Virus record (IMG/VR): IMGVR_UViG_3300043430_000167
Source: an uncultured virus (IMG/VR IMGVR_UViG_3300043430_000167)
Taxonomy: Duplodnaviria; Heunggongvirae; Uroviricota; Caudoviricetes
Length of the DNA: 64,000 nucleotides
Strand: one strand, 5' to 3'
Every line of letters starts with the position of its first letter. The first letter of the stretch is position 1. A model generated the notes under the pieces. That model ran no database searches. It saw only the letters and a list, made by a program, of their open reading frames with translations, and was not told the origin of the DNA. This document shows, piece by piece, positions 9,258 through 19,900 of the stretch. The translations under genes were made by a program, and so were the position numbers.

Positions 9258-10426
9258 ACATCATTGAGATCCGGGCACAGTCAGGCGTCCGAAACGACCT
9301 CCCGCCAGATCGTTTCTCTCCTGGCGATCTGCTCACTGCGGACAACATCGAGCTTGATGAGACGGGCAAGGCATACAGGCGCTTGGGTGTTTCACGCCAA
9401 GCCACTGGCATGTTCCACAGCCTGTGGAGTGACGTGCAAGACAGCTACGTGGTTAAGGACGGCGTGCTCAGTCGGTTCAGCGGCGCAGGTGTCACTCCGA
9501 TTGTGCCCGTGGTAGGTCGACGGGTGGCTTATCAGAGGATCGCTGACGCCGTCTTCTGGACTGACGGCGTAGCCAGCGGAGTTCTTCGCGGGGCCACAAA
9601 CCACCCGGCTGGCGTAGAACTCCCTCAGTCCCCCTCAATAAACCTCACGGGCGGTGCATTTCGCCCAGGTGCTTACCTGGTGTGTGTCACGAATCTGCGC
9701 GCTGATGGGGTTGAGTCGGGGGCAAGCAGTGTCCAACGGGTGCTAGTAGGGGAAAACCAAGGGCTAACCCTGACCCTGTCGACGCCAGTTAGCCCCTCGG
9801 TCACGTCGTGCCGGGTGTATGTCTCCCAGTGGGACGGCGAGGTGCCGATGCTCGCCGCTACGGCGCCTGCCGCCACAGCCACTCTGACACTATCTGAATT
9901 GCCGGATCTCACGCTTCCGGTCCGCACGCAGTACATGTCCGGCCCCCCTCCTGGTCAGGTTCTTGGCTACTACAAGGGGCGCCTGTATGTGGCTAGAAAC
10001 CACTACTTATGGTACAGTCAGCCATACGAGTATGAGCTGTTCGACCGGGTTGGGGGGTATATCGGTTTTTCGTCCCCAGTGCGTGTTTTTGCCCCAGTCT
10101 CTGACGGTCTCTTTGTCGGCACAGAGAGTGAAACGGTCTTCTTGTCAGGCTCAGACCCGGATGTTTTTGAGCGGGTAGAAGTGGCTCCTTACGGGGCGGT
10201 GCTTGGGACGGAGCAGGAGATACCGGCGCATTACTTTAGCGACGGGTCAACCCAAGCCCCGGTCTGGTTGTGGGCTTCGGAACGCGGGGTTTGTATGGGT
10301 GCGAGCGGCGGTCAGTTCAAGGATGTGACGGGCGGTAGATATCAGCTCCCGGCTTCTGTAGGTGGTGCAAGTCTTTTCAAGATTCGGGGCGGCACGCCTC
10401 AGTTCATAACCAGCCTGTTTGCATAA
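9254..10426 (+). CDS. Virion tail protein (nozzle-like)
   Basis: Beta-propeller-like pattern ('YKGRLYVA..LWYSQPYEYELFD'); position in structural arm. Confidence 0.5.
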   Translation: MNIIEIRAQSGVRNDLPPDRFSPGDLLTADNIELDETGKAYRRLGVSRQATGMFHSLWSDVQDSYVVKDGVLSRFSGAGVTPIVPVVGRRVAYQRIADAVFWTDGVASGVLRGATNHPAGVELPQSPSINLTGGAFRPGAYLVCVTNLRADGVESGASSVQRVLVGENQGLTLTLSTPVSPSVTSCRVYVSQWDGEVPMLAATAPAATATLTLSELPDLTLPVRTQYMSGPPPGQVLGYYKGRLYVARNHYLWYSQPYEYELFDRVGGYIGFSSPVRVFAPVSDGLFVGTESETVFLSGSDPDVFERVEVAPYGAVLGTEQEIPAHYFSDGSTQAPVWLWASERGVCMGASGGQFKDVTGGRYQLPASVGGASLFKIRGGTPQFITSLFA

Positions 10427-10436
10427 GGAGCAGATC

Positions 10437-10889
10437 ATGGCATTTCGTCTATCTACAGGTCTTACCAACGCCATGATGGCGTCGTCATCGTTCAAGGCAG
10501 CGCTGGAAGGCGCTTCGGGTTTCTTGATTGACATCTACTCGGGCACTCAGCCAGCCAACCCTGACACTGCAGCGAGCGGCACACTACTTGTCACCGTTTC
10601 GCTGTCTGGCGCGGGAACAGGGATTCACTTCGAGACTACCGCCACAGCAGGCATGATCCCCAAGAAAACCAGCGAAACCTGGAGTGGTACTGGCTTGGCG
10701 ACAGGTACTGCCGGATGGTTCCGAATTCGCCAGACCACGGAGGCGGGCACTGCCGCCACGACCACTCTCGCACGGGCGGACGGTTCAATTGCCACCAGCG
10801 GGGCGGATATGGACTTGGGGTCTCTCACGGTGACGCTCGGCGCCCCCTTCTTGCTATCGGCAGCTGAATTCAGCTTGCCGACGGTATAA
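10437..10889 (+). CDS. Small virion appendage subunit
   Basis: 'IYSGTQPANPD...GTAGWFRI...DGSIATSGADM'; AAGGAG RBS. Confidence 0.6.
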   Translation: MAFRLSTGLTNAMMASSSFKAALEGASGFLIDIYSGTQPANPDTAASGTLLVTVSLSGAGTGIHFETTATAGMIPKKTSETWSGTGLATGTAGWFRIRQTTEAGTAATTTLARADGSIATSGADMDLGSLTVTLGAPFLLSAAEFSLPTV

Positions 10890-10898
10890 GGAGTAATC

Positions 10899-11306
10899 AT
10901 GCCTCTCTTCATTCCTTCAGTCGGCGAGAACAAGCTCGTTGAGTTCGCTCTCGGATTCTCGACACCCGGCAACCAGCTGCTCAAGCTCTATGTGAACAAC
11001 GTCACTGCGGCTGACACTGACACCGCAGCGACCTATACGGAGATGTCGACGCTTGGTTACGCAGCGAAGACGCTCACCAAAGGTAGCTGGTCCATTGCTC
11101 AGAACGGCGGGCTTGCGCAGGCTTCGTACGCGGCACAGACATGGACGTTCACGGCGGGCACGGCGGTGACGGTCTATGGCTACTTTGTAGTGGATGCAAC
11201 GACGGGCGTGTTGCTCTGGAGCGAGCCTTTCAGCAGCGGCAAGATCATCCAGTACACCGGGGACCAGATCATCATCACGCCGGTGTTCACTGGCAGCAAG
11301 GTGTAA
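10899..11306 (+). CDS. Small virion appendage subunit
   Basis: 'LKLYVNN...TEMSTLGYAAKTL...YGYFVV...LLWSEPF'. Confidence 0.6.
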   Translation: MPLFIPSVGENKLVEFALGFSTPGNQLLKLYVNNVTAADTDTAATYTEMSTLGYAAKTLTKGSWSIAQNGGLAQASYAAQTWTFTAGTAVTVYGYFVVDATTGVLLWSEPFSSGKIIQYTGDQIIITPVFTGSKV

Positions 11307-11309
11307 GCC

Positions 11310-12110
11310 ATGTCAGCGCTTGTGTTCAGCAACAACGCCAAGAACAATTATCTGGACACCCTAACGGGTAAAGCCATAATGGGCAGCTATGCCCTCGGAA
11401 CTTACATCCAGATCACTACAAACGCTGCGGTGAATTTGTTCACTAACGCGTACGGTACAGCGGTGTCATTCGCCTACCCAGTGGCGGGCACAAGCGTCAT
11501 GTCTACTGCGTCTATCACCCCAAACGTTAGCGGGGCAGCCTCGCTGATGACTTGGTACGGCAATGCGAGTACGTCATACCTTGTTGCCACAGGCACTGTA
11601 AGTGCTGCAGGTGGTGGGGGTAACTTCATTGTGCAGAGCACGTCGTTCACGGCCTCTACACCCGTACCTTGTTCGTGCGTCATAAAGCTGCCGACCGGAA
11701 ACGGCGGAACGCTATTTATGAATCAAGCGCTTGTCAATGCATGGCTCCAAATCATTACAGGCACAGCGACAGCGGTTCCCGCAATGGCTTCGTCTGGCAC
11801 GATGACGTTCTATTCTGGCACGCAGCCCGCCAATGCTGACACAGCTGTCACTACGCAAACCGCGCTAGGTAGCCTAACGTTCGCCGTTGCGGATTATTCG
11901 TCAGCTGCAACCGGCGTAGCGGTGTTGGCTGCAGCCAAGTCGTGTACCCCTGTGGCCACAGGTACGGCTACATGGGCGCGATGGACGAGAGGCACTTATA
12001 CCATCGACGGCTCTGTGGGGACAACGGGCGCTGACTTCATTGTTGCAACAACTTCGTTTGTAACCGCCACGCCAGTGAATTTGACCGGCGCATCGTTGAC
12101 GTTCCCGTAA
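11310..12110 (+). CDS. Two-domain paralogue of the 10437-10889 subunit
   Basis: Second half 'FYSGTQPANAD...GTATWARW...DGSVGTTGAD' matches the 10437 protein; first half is a degenerate copy. Confidence 0.6.
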   Translation: MSALVFSNNAKNNYLDTLTGKAIMGSYALGTYIQITTNAAVNLFTNAYGTAVSFAYPVAGTSVMSTASITPNVSGAASLMTWYGNASTSYLVATGTVSAAGGGGNFIVQSTSFTASTPVPCSCVIKLPTGNGGTLFMNQALVNAWLQIITGTATAVPAMASSGTMTFYSGTQPANADTAVTTQTALGSLTFAVADYSSAATGVAVLAAAKSCTPVATGTATWARWTRGTYTIDGSVGTTGADFIVATTSFVTATPVNLTGASLTFP

Positions 12111-12111
12111 C

Positions 12112-13674
12112 ATGGCAAACACCCCGATCCTTGACTCTGGGGAGTATGCTCGTGCAATAACGGGCTTCGGGGTACCGCCTCTAACTGGTAGTGGTGAATA
12201 CACTGCTGTCAGCACGGGCACTACCGTTACCCCAAAACCTGTTTCCGGTGAGTATTCTCGTGAAATAGTGGGTTTTGGGGTAACCCCGTGCCTTTCAATT
12301 GGGGAACCTCCGCTTAACTTTCAGTTTACAGCCTCTGGCGGGGCTTTGTTCAGTGGAACTGCGTCCAAGCAGTTCACCTTGAACTCCGTTACCAGCTATG
12401 ACATAACGTCATATAGTTTGACGGCCTCTGGTGGGGCGTTGTTTAGCGGCACGGCGCAAGTATCATCAACGCAGCTGTCCGTATATGAGATTTTCCCACT
12501 TGGCGGGATGGCGTTCTCTGGAGCGGCCACCTCGGTGTCAACTTGGAGGGAGTTTTTACCCACAGGTGGGATTGCTTTCGGCGGCGCGGCTAGGTTTATC
12601 ACTGCCGAGCACGGAACCGGCGGTATGCAGTTCAGTGGGACAGCTGGTATTGGTGCGAATACGGGCTCGGTAGCAGTCACTCTACCTCGGTTGAACGCTT
12701 CGCTCGACGCAGAGACGATCACTGTCATCTCTGCTGAGGTGTCCGCAGAGCTGCCGAGACTCACTGCGGATATAAGCTCGCTCACGGGCTCTGTGGCAAG
12801 TGTTGCGGCGAAGCTGCCAAACCTGACAGCAAACGTGGCAGGTGGGTCGTTTGCCTTGTCCGCAGAGCTGCCGAGTATGACAGCGACGATCAGCGGTACA
12901 GCCGGGATCATTGGCAGTGTCGCAGCACAGACCCCCAGGCTGACGACTCAGGTGTCCGGGCAGGTCGGTGGGGGCGGCGCGATTGCGGCCAAGCTGCCGA
13001 ACCTCACGGGTTCTGTATCTGGCCTGTCAGGTGTCATAGGCGCGATCTCAGCTGAGCTGGCCTCACTGGCGATGTCGAGTTCGGCAACCGTCGGCGTGCA
13101 GGCTACGCTCTCTGGCTCCTTGCCGAGCATGACGGCTTCCCTCGGTGCGGCCCAGACGGTCACGGGCTCCATGACGGTGAGCTTGCCGAAAGTGTCTGCG
13201 CGGCTGACGGCTGAGTACACGGCGGGTTTGATCCTGACGTTTGTCACGAACACCTTGAGTGCTGCAAGCACAACGTTCTCGAACTATCCGTTCAACAGCT
13301 TCTGTGAGATCGACGGGGAATACTACGGAGCAGCGGCTGATGGCCTATACAAGCTGGATGTACAGCAGGACAGCGTCCCTTTCAAAATGACGACCGGTTT
13401 TATGTCGTTCAAGATTCCGCAGCAGAAACGAGCGAGCGACTTTTACATGAACCTACACAGCGCAGGTGACATCACTCTGCGCGTGTCTGTGGATGAAGGC
13501 CCGCAGTACGCCTACACGCTGAGCCCGCAAGATGTAACGGCCTTGCGCCAGCGGCGCGCGCTGCTCGGTAAAGGTCTGCGCGGGGTGTATTGGCAGTTCG
13601 AGCTGGAAGGCACGAAGGACTTTGATTTCGACAACTACACCGTGGCCTTCGCGCCGACGGCACGGAGAGTGTAA
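12112..13674 (+). CDS. Repeat-containing virion structural protein
   Basis: 'SGGALFSGTA' repeats, then ~22-aa 'LPxLT' repeats, then a C-terminal domain ('YPFNSF...GKGLRGVYWQFEL'). Confidence 0.6.
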   Translation: MANTPILDSGEYARAITGFGVPPLTGSGEYTAVSTGTTVTPKPVSGEYSREIVGFGVTPCLSIGEPPLNFQFTASGGALFSGTASKQFTLNSVTSYDITSYSLTASGGALFSGTAQVSSTQLSVYEIFPLGGMAFSGAATSVSTWREFLPTGGIAFGGAARFITAEHGTGGMQFSGTAGIGANTGSVAVTLPRLNASLDAETITVISAEVSAELPRLTADISSLTGSVASVAAKLPNLTANVAGGSFALSAELPSMTATISGTAGIIGSVAAQTPRLTTQVSGQVGGGGAIAAKLPNLTGSVSGLSGVIGAISAELASLAMSSSATVGVQATLSGSLPSMTASLGAAQTVTGSMTVSLPKVSARLTAEYTAGLILTFVTNTLSAASTTFSNYPFNSFCEIDGEYYGAAADGLYKLDVQQDSVPFKMTTGFMSFKIPQQKRASDFYMNLHSAGDITLRVSVDEGPQYAYTLSPQDVTALRQRRALLGKGLRGVYWQFELEGTKDFDFDNYTVAFAPTARRV

Positions 13675-15504
13675 ATGGCAAATTCTGTAACCGTATCAGA
13701 CCTGAAGAATTCTGCGGACTACGCGTCCAGCGCGATGGTGGATAACGCAAACAATTTCCTCGCGGATTTGCGTGCTATCGCGGATATGGTGAAGCCGGCG
13801 TCTAATTGGGGGAGCTACACCAGTGAGGGTGGAGTGGATCTGGTTGACCCGTCAGTAGCGAACGCTATCACCGCTGCTGCGGCCAATACACCCGTCGAAC
13901 CTTTGTTCCCCGACAACGCCGCACAGCGCCCGTCCGACGCCGCTCTTGCACAAATAGCCATTCCTGAATTCGGGTCTATTCCCGAAATGACACTGGCTGA
14001 ACCTGTGTTGACCCTGCCGGCTGCCCCCAATGCAACCCTGCCGGCTGCCCCCGGAAATGCACCTGAGCTGAACTCGGCCGTCTTACCTGCCGCGCCCCAG
14101 ATAACGCTCCCGGCTGTGCCGACCATTCAAGCATTGGCGCTGCCAGAGGCCCCCGCGATAAACGTGCCGACATTCAGTACAGCCGCCCCAGTCGATGACA
14201 TGCTCGAACCTACCTCCCGGTTCGAGTTCAGTGAGGACCAATACCAGTCTGACCTGCTCGATGCGGCGAAGCAGAAGCTCATTGCTGACTTGGTGAATGG
14301 CGGGTACGGCATTGAGGCGGCCGATGAGGAAGCTCTCTGGGACCGCGTGCGTGCTCGCGAGCTACTGAACGCCGAGACACAGATCCAGGAGGCGGCACGC
14401 CAAGCGGCTGCTCGCGGAATGATGCTGCCGCCAGGCGCTCTCAATGCAACGATCAGCCGAATTCAAACAGCCGCTCTTGAGAAGACATCGAGTCTGTCAC
14501 GTGACATCGCGCTGAAACGCGCCGACATGTATGTGGAGAATCGCAAGTTCACGTTGCAAGAGGTTCGTCAAGTCGAAGCGATGCTTATCCAATACTTTGG
14601 TTTTGTTCAGGAGCGTGCGCTGAATGCGGCTAGGTACCTCGCCGATTTTGGGGTCCAGTTGTTCAACGCAAAACTATCGCGGTTCAACGCGAGACTGGAG
14701 GCGTTCCGTGGAGCGGCTCAAGTGTACGAGACTCAGCTCCGCGGAGCGCTGGCTCACCTAGATGTGTACAAGTCCAAGGTGGAAGGCGCCCGACTGTCCG
14801 TTGAGGCCCAGCAGATGTATGTGTCGCTGTACAACGCGCAACTTGAAGGCGTGAAGTCGCGCGTCGAGCTGTATCGCACACAGATGGAGGCGGCGAAGGT
14901 CTTCACGGAGGTCGAGCGGTCCAAGCTGGACCTGTTCCGCACCCGCGTCGAGGCATATCAAGCTCAGGTGAGCGCCAAGGCGTCGGAGTTTGGAATGTAC
15001 GAGGCTCGCATTCGCGGTGAAGCCACAAAACTGGGGGTGTATGAGACCTCGGTCAGAGCATATGCCACGAAGGTGCAGGCTTATCAGTCTGGTGTGGCAG
15101 CGAAGGAGACGCAGGTTCGTGCCCAAGTCGCTGCAGCGCAAATCCCGCTCGAACAGTACAGAGCGCGAATTCAGATGTACGGGGCGGATGTGGCCCGGTA
15201 TCAAGCAGACATCCAGGCGGCGTTGGGTATCTATGAGTCTCGGTTGAAGAAGTACAGCGTCCAAGTGGAAGCGCAGGTGAAAGCGGTGGCTGAGAAGGTG
15301 CAGGCGCAGCAGTCGAACTCCACGGTCATGGCACATCGAGCTCAGATTGCATCAAGTGAAATGCTTGGGCAGTCGCAGATTCTCAACGCACGCTCTCAGA
15401 TAGCAGCTACGGCCGCTTCGAGTGGGCTAGGCATCCTGTCTCAGAACATGGCTGCAATCAGGACCGCTGCCAGCGGTCTCGTGGCTGAAATACAGTCGGC
15501 ATAA
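13675..15504 (+). CDS. Putative internal virion/tail protein
   Basis: Pro-rich region followed by a long Tyr-periodic coiled coil. Confidence 0.5.
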   Translation: MANSVTVSDLKNSADYASSAMVDNANNFLADLRAIADMVKPASNWGSYTSEGGVDLVDPSVANAITAAAANTPVEPLFPDNAAQRPSDAALAQIAIPEFGSIPEMTLAEPVLTLPAAPNATLPAAPGNAPELNSAVLPAAPQITLPAVPTIQALALPEAPAINVPTFSTAAPVDDMLEPTSRFEFSEDQYQSDLLDAAKQKLIADLVNGGYGIEAADEEALWDRVRARELLNAETQIQEAARQAAARGMMLPPGALNATISRIQTAALEKTSSLSRDIALKRADMYVENRKFTLQEVRQVEAMLIQYFGFVQERALNAARYLADFGVQLFNAKLSRFNARLEAFRGAAQVYETQLRGALAHLDVYKSKVEGARLSVEAQQMYVSLYNAQLEGVKSRVELYRTQMEAAKVFTEVERSKLDLFRTRVEAYQAQVSAKASEFGMYEARIRGEATKLGVYETSVRAYATKVQAYQSGVAAKETQVRAQVAAAQIPLEQYRARIQMYGADVARYQADIQAALGIYESRLKKYSVQVEAQVKAVAEKVQAQQSNSTVMAHRAQIASSEMLGQSQILNARSQIAATAASSGLGILSQNMAAIRTAASGLVAEIQSA

Positions 15505-15516
15505 CGGAGAATAATC

Positions 15517-16986
15517 ATGGGACTTCTGGATGAAGCAATGGGTGCTGCTCGTAGGGGCGTGGGCCAAGGCGCTCAGTGGGTGTCGAACAAAGCAGCGGCT
15601 ACGCCCGTTACACCAGCGGTAGAGGCTTCGGCCGCTGAGGGTGGTTTGGCGGGGCGGGCGGGGAGGCTGCTAGGTAAAGCCACCCGAGTGGCGGCTCCTT
15701 TGGTTCAGAAAGCTGCGGTAGCTTCGCCTCTGCTTGGGTTTAACGACTACAAGCTCAACGAACCTGGCGTGGACTCGTCTGCGGCTGGAACGTTTAAGTC
15801 CCTCGGTTCGGGCGACTTTACTGGTGCAGGCCGCAGTCTGGTCAAGGGTGCTAAAGAGGCCGTGCTCGACTCAGCGTCTGGTGTTTCTAAGTTCGTCGAC
15901 GGAGCAGCTGGGGTGGTTGGGGCGGATACGGGTCTGGCGCGCGGCCTTGCCCAGAAAGTTCGCGGCCACTACGGCGACGGTGTACAAATCAATCCTTCTC
16001 TGACTGACCAGCCACCTGTTGTAGCTCAGCCAGCTGCGACACCCGTACCTCAACCGCCTGTAGCGCCAGGTACTTCAGCCACCCCTAATCAACCCGTGAC
16101 TACAGCTAACCAGTCTGCACCTGAAGACAAGTTCTCCCGCCTTGTAGATCAGCTGAGCAACGCCCGGTCCACCGCACCTGCGGTTCGAGCTGCTCCGAAT
16201 GCCGCTTCCAGTTTTCGTGAGCCGCCAGCACTTGACACATCCATGGTTGCAGGGGACGCCACCGGTCTCGGTACGCTGGCCAAGATAGCCGCTCAACAAC
16301 CGGCTGCGGCAGAGTGGGCGGCAGGTATGAGGCGCGCAAAGAATCAGGACGCTCTCCAGCTGCAAGCTGAAGCTGCGGGTGACCTTAATGCGCGCGCAGG
16401 TGATCAGTTGAAAATGCAGGGTCTGAGTAAAGCTGCCGACATCTACGCTCAGCAGGCTCAACGCCAACACGAGCGGGGGCTCGCCCGCAATAAATTGGAA
16501 TATGACCGAGCGGAAGATACCGAGAAGCGCTATGAGAAGCGCATCGAAGACACGTTCGGTCCGGCGTTTGACAAGGACGGCAAGGCCAATCCGAACCGTC
16601 AGAAGTTCGAGACCGCTCTGAACGCGTACTTGGATCAGGCCGGGGTTGACAAGCGCCAACTCGACCCAAGCACGTTCGAGAAGATCCTGCTTGCGTCACA
16701 GTCCGCTGCGTACAACCCGAGCCCTGGTATTGGTAGCCAGTTACTACAGAAGGCTCTTGGTGGTAGCACTGCTGCTACGACCAACGCCATGGACGCAACT
16801 CAACCAACGAGTGAGCAAGCGCTGGGCGGTGTGTTTGTCAGGACCGCCGATGGTCGCTACAAGCTCGCGTCGGACGTTCATGGTGGAGGCACGCTGACGG
16901 ATATCTTCAGTGCGCCAAACCGCGAAGTTCAAAGTCGTTTTGCGAAGGAAGCCGCTGAGGCTGCCAAGCGCCGCCAGGAGAACTGA
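15517..16986 (+). CDS. Putative DNA ejection protein
   Basis: Ala/Gly/Gln-rich, low complexity; precedes the giant virion protein. Confidence 0.45.
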   Translation: MGLLDEAMGAARRGVGQGAQWVSNKAAATPVTPAVEASAAEGGLAGRAGRLLGKATRVAAPLVQKAAVASPLLGFNDYKLNEPGVDSSAAGTFKSLGSGDFTGAGRSLVKGAKEAVLDSASGVSKFVDGAAGVVGADTGLARGLAQKVRGHYGDGVQINPSLTDQPPVVAQPAATPVPQPPVAPGTSATPNQPVTTANQSAPEDKFSRLVDQLSNARSTAPAVRAAPNAASSFREPPALDTSMVAGDATGLGTLAKIAAQQPAAAEWAAGMRRAKNQDALQLQAEAAGDLNARAGDQLKMQGLSKAADIYAQQAQRQHERGLARNKLEYDRAEDTEKRYEKRIEDTFGPAFDKDGKANPNRQKFETALNAYLDQAGVDKRQLDPSTFEKILLASQSAAYNPSPGIGSQLLQKALGGSTAATTNAMDATQPTSEQALGGVFVRTADGRYKLASDVHGGGTLTDIFSAPNREVQSRFAKEAAEAAKRRQEN

Positions 16987-16988
16987 GA

Positions 16989-19900
16989 ATGCCCTTATAC
17001 GACGTGCTCCAGAACAACCCAAACGCATTCAAGACTACCCCGAGCACCTACGACAGGCTGCAGGCCCAACCGCGCCCTGAGCCGATGACAGGGCTTGAGC
17101 AGGAGAAGCTCTTCGGCAATCCGTTGTCTCGCGGCCTCGGTCAAGCTGCACGTGGGATGAAGGGTTCGGTCAAGGCGTATGTGGCGTCAGCGCTCGACGC
17201 CATGGGCGCTGGCGAGACCGCTCAAGGGTGGTGGGATGGGGCCCAGCAGGATGCTGAACGTGCTGCGTTCGTCGCACCAGAGGTGCAGAGTATTCGCCAG
17301 GTCAATGATGTGGATACAGCCGGGCAATACGCGCTCGGGGCGATAGGCAAAGGGCTTGCGTTTATCCCTGCCACGATGGCCGCTGCTGCTGCCGGTAGAG
17401 CGGGCTTGGGTCGGGCGATTGGCCCCACGGCGGGCGCGCACGTCGGCGGCGCGGCGCTCATGCTGCCCGCTGAGGGGGGCGAGGTGGCTCAGCAACTGCG
17501 CACAGATCCAGCTGCAGCTGGGATGAGCGCGGCGGAGAAGTTCGCACGCGCCACTGGTGTGGGTGCGATCAACGCAGGACTTGAGGTGCTGCCCGAGGCG
17601 GGCATGGTTAACCGCTTGACAGGCCGAGTGCCGGTAACGTCGCTCAGGCAGGCAGCGAAAGGTGCGGCAAAGGAATTCAGCCAGAATGTAGGCAAGGAGG
17701 TCCTTACCGAGACTGCGCAAGATGCTGTGGGCCAGTTGCATAACATTCAGTATGACGGAAGCAAGGCGTTCGACGCAGTTCAGTCAGTGGACGCGGCTCT
17801 GCAAGGGGGCATCGGCGCAGGCCCGGTTGCGGCGATACACGCGCCCGTGGCTCAGGGCCTGGATCTACTGGCCGGCACAGGTAAGCTCGGTTCTGACGCA
17901 GTGCAGGCTGGTGGTAAGAAGATCAGTGACACCGCCATGAGCGCTCCCTCAACGGGTCTAGGTGACGCGTGGCACAGCTACCGTGAGCACCCGGAGCTGG
18001 CGCAGTTGATGAGCGAGCAAACGCTCCCGCCTGAGTTGGCTAAAGGCTCCGACCAAGACGTTCTGAACTGGGCCGCTGGTGACGACAACAAGCGCCGGGA
18101 CGCGGCGCTGGTCATTGCCCAGCGCACGCTCACGAACCCTGCCGCCAGTGAGCAGGCCAAGGCTGAAGCACAGGGCTTGCTGAACAACCCAGGCGACCCG
18201 GAAGCATGGCGTCCGTTTGCCGGCGCTCTGGTGCTGCAGGAGAAGTCTCGCCGTGTAGGCGCGAACATCCGCGAAGCAGCGGAACAACTGGGTGCGAAGA
18301 TCCCCAGCATACCCGAGGGGCTTGACGCTGAGACTGTGGCGAACAAGGCCGGTCTTGGTGTGCGAGCTGCCGCGCAGACGGTGAAGGCGGCTGCTGACGG
18401 CTTGAGCAAGAAGAACCTCGAACCCACTATCCAAGATCTGAATTATGCCCAGCTCATGGCACCGCGCATGGAGAAGGCCTTCGGTGGCCAGCTCAGCCCG
18501 GACGTGAGCACGGCGGCAGCCTCTGTGCTGAAGGATTATGTGCTCGGCGGCTTTGGTGTGGACGAACACGGTAACGTGACCGTGCCGCACGGTCTCACGG
18601 CAGCATTCGGCGCAGAGACCCCGGCAGTGGTCGAGCATGCGTTTGACCTGCTGCGCAGACAAGGGCGTGTTGACGAAGCTCTGGCGGCAAAGCTCGCTGA
18701 CGTGAAGACGGCGGTGGAAGAGCGCTTGCCTAAGTACAAGCGGGCGACACAGGTGGTGTGGGACAACCTCGTGCCTGAGCAGATGGAAGCTGTGCCGTCA
18801 GAGGACTACCCCCACATTGCAGACAGCGTGCGGCGGTATCTGGACTCTGGCAAGAAAGACCCTGCCGCTGAGAAATATCTCGACACCCTGTTCGGGCCGA
18901 ACAAGTCCAAGGTGCTGGAGCAGATCGACCTTTTGCACGAACGCGGGCAGCTCAAGGCGAAGCACTATGGTGAGGGGGTTGATGAGGCTGGCGTTCAAGA
19001 GAGCGACAACGCGGTTGAAGAAGATCACGACGCGCCTATTGGGGAGCGCGGGCCGAGCTACGACTATCACTTCGGAAGCAAGGCGGGCATGCCCTTTGAC
19101 ATGGAGCAGGGGCATACCCCTGAGCACATGATGCGGGTGTCTTCAGGGCTCGACGCGAGCCGCTACGCAACGCGCTATGACAAGAGCACAGGGAAAGACT
19201 ATGTGCATGCTGAGCCTGTCGGCATTGTTGACTATGCGCGCCAGACCGGAGACGGCGCCGCACTGCAGAAGCTCTACAAAGAGCACGCGGCCGAGCGCGA
19301 CCAGATCGGCGATGACGCACTGGACCGCAAACTGAACAGCCGGTACAAGGTTCTGCGTGCTCAGGAACTCATGGACGACGGGCATGATCAAGTTGACATT
19401 CGAGCTTCAGAACTAAAACGTCCTGCAACTATCAAGGGTGAGCCGAACAAGCGCGCGTGGTCAGATGTCACGGCAATTGGCACCAAGGATGTTTCGACCA
19501 TCGAACATGGCCGTGTGTTCTTGAAGCAGAAGGATGGTGGCGAGTTCGTCACCTCCGCGCAGAAGCTCATCAGCAAGATGTGGGAGGCTAAACAACGAGG
19601 TGCGTTCCAGGGCAGCACGGCGGAGCAGGCTGGAGGCAAAGACATGCTGAACATGTTCTCTGCCGGTCTTGCGTCGCTTCTCGCAACTGGGCAGTTCGAA
19701 GGCATGGACGTTCGTATGCCTGACGGCTCCATGCAGATCGCTGACAAGATCGACGACTTGCCCAAGAACTTCGTGTTGTTCACGAAGCCGGGTGGCGAGA
19801 AGGTTCGTATCTCGGATGTCATCAAGGCGACAAGCAAGGAGATCAACGAAGCACGTGCCGAAGAAAACCGCCTTGCTCGTGACCAGAAGACCGGCGAACA

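Noticed and set aside
7766..13674. Diversity-generating retroelement acting on tail fibres
   Set aside because: No reverse transcriptase in the window and no adenine-variable TR/VR pair noticed
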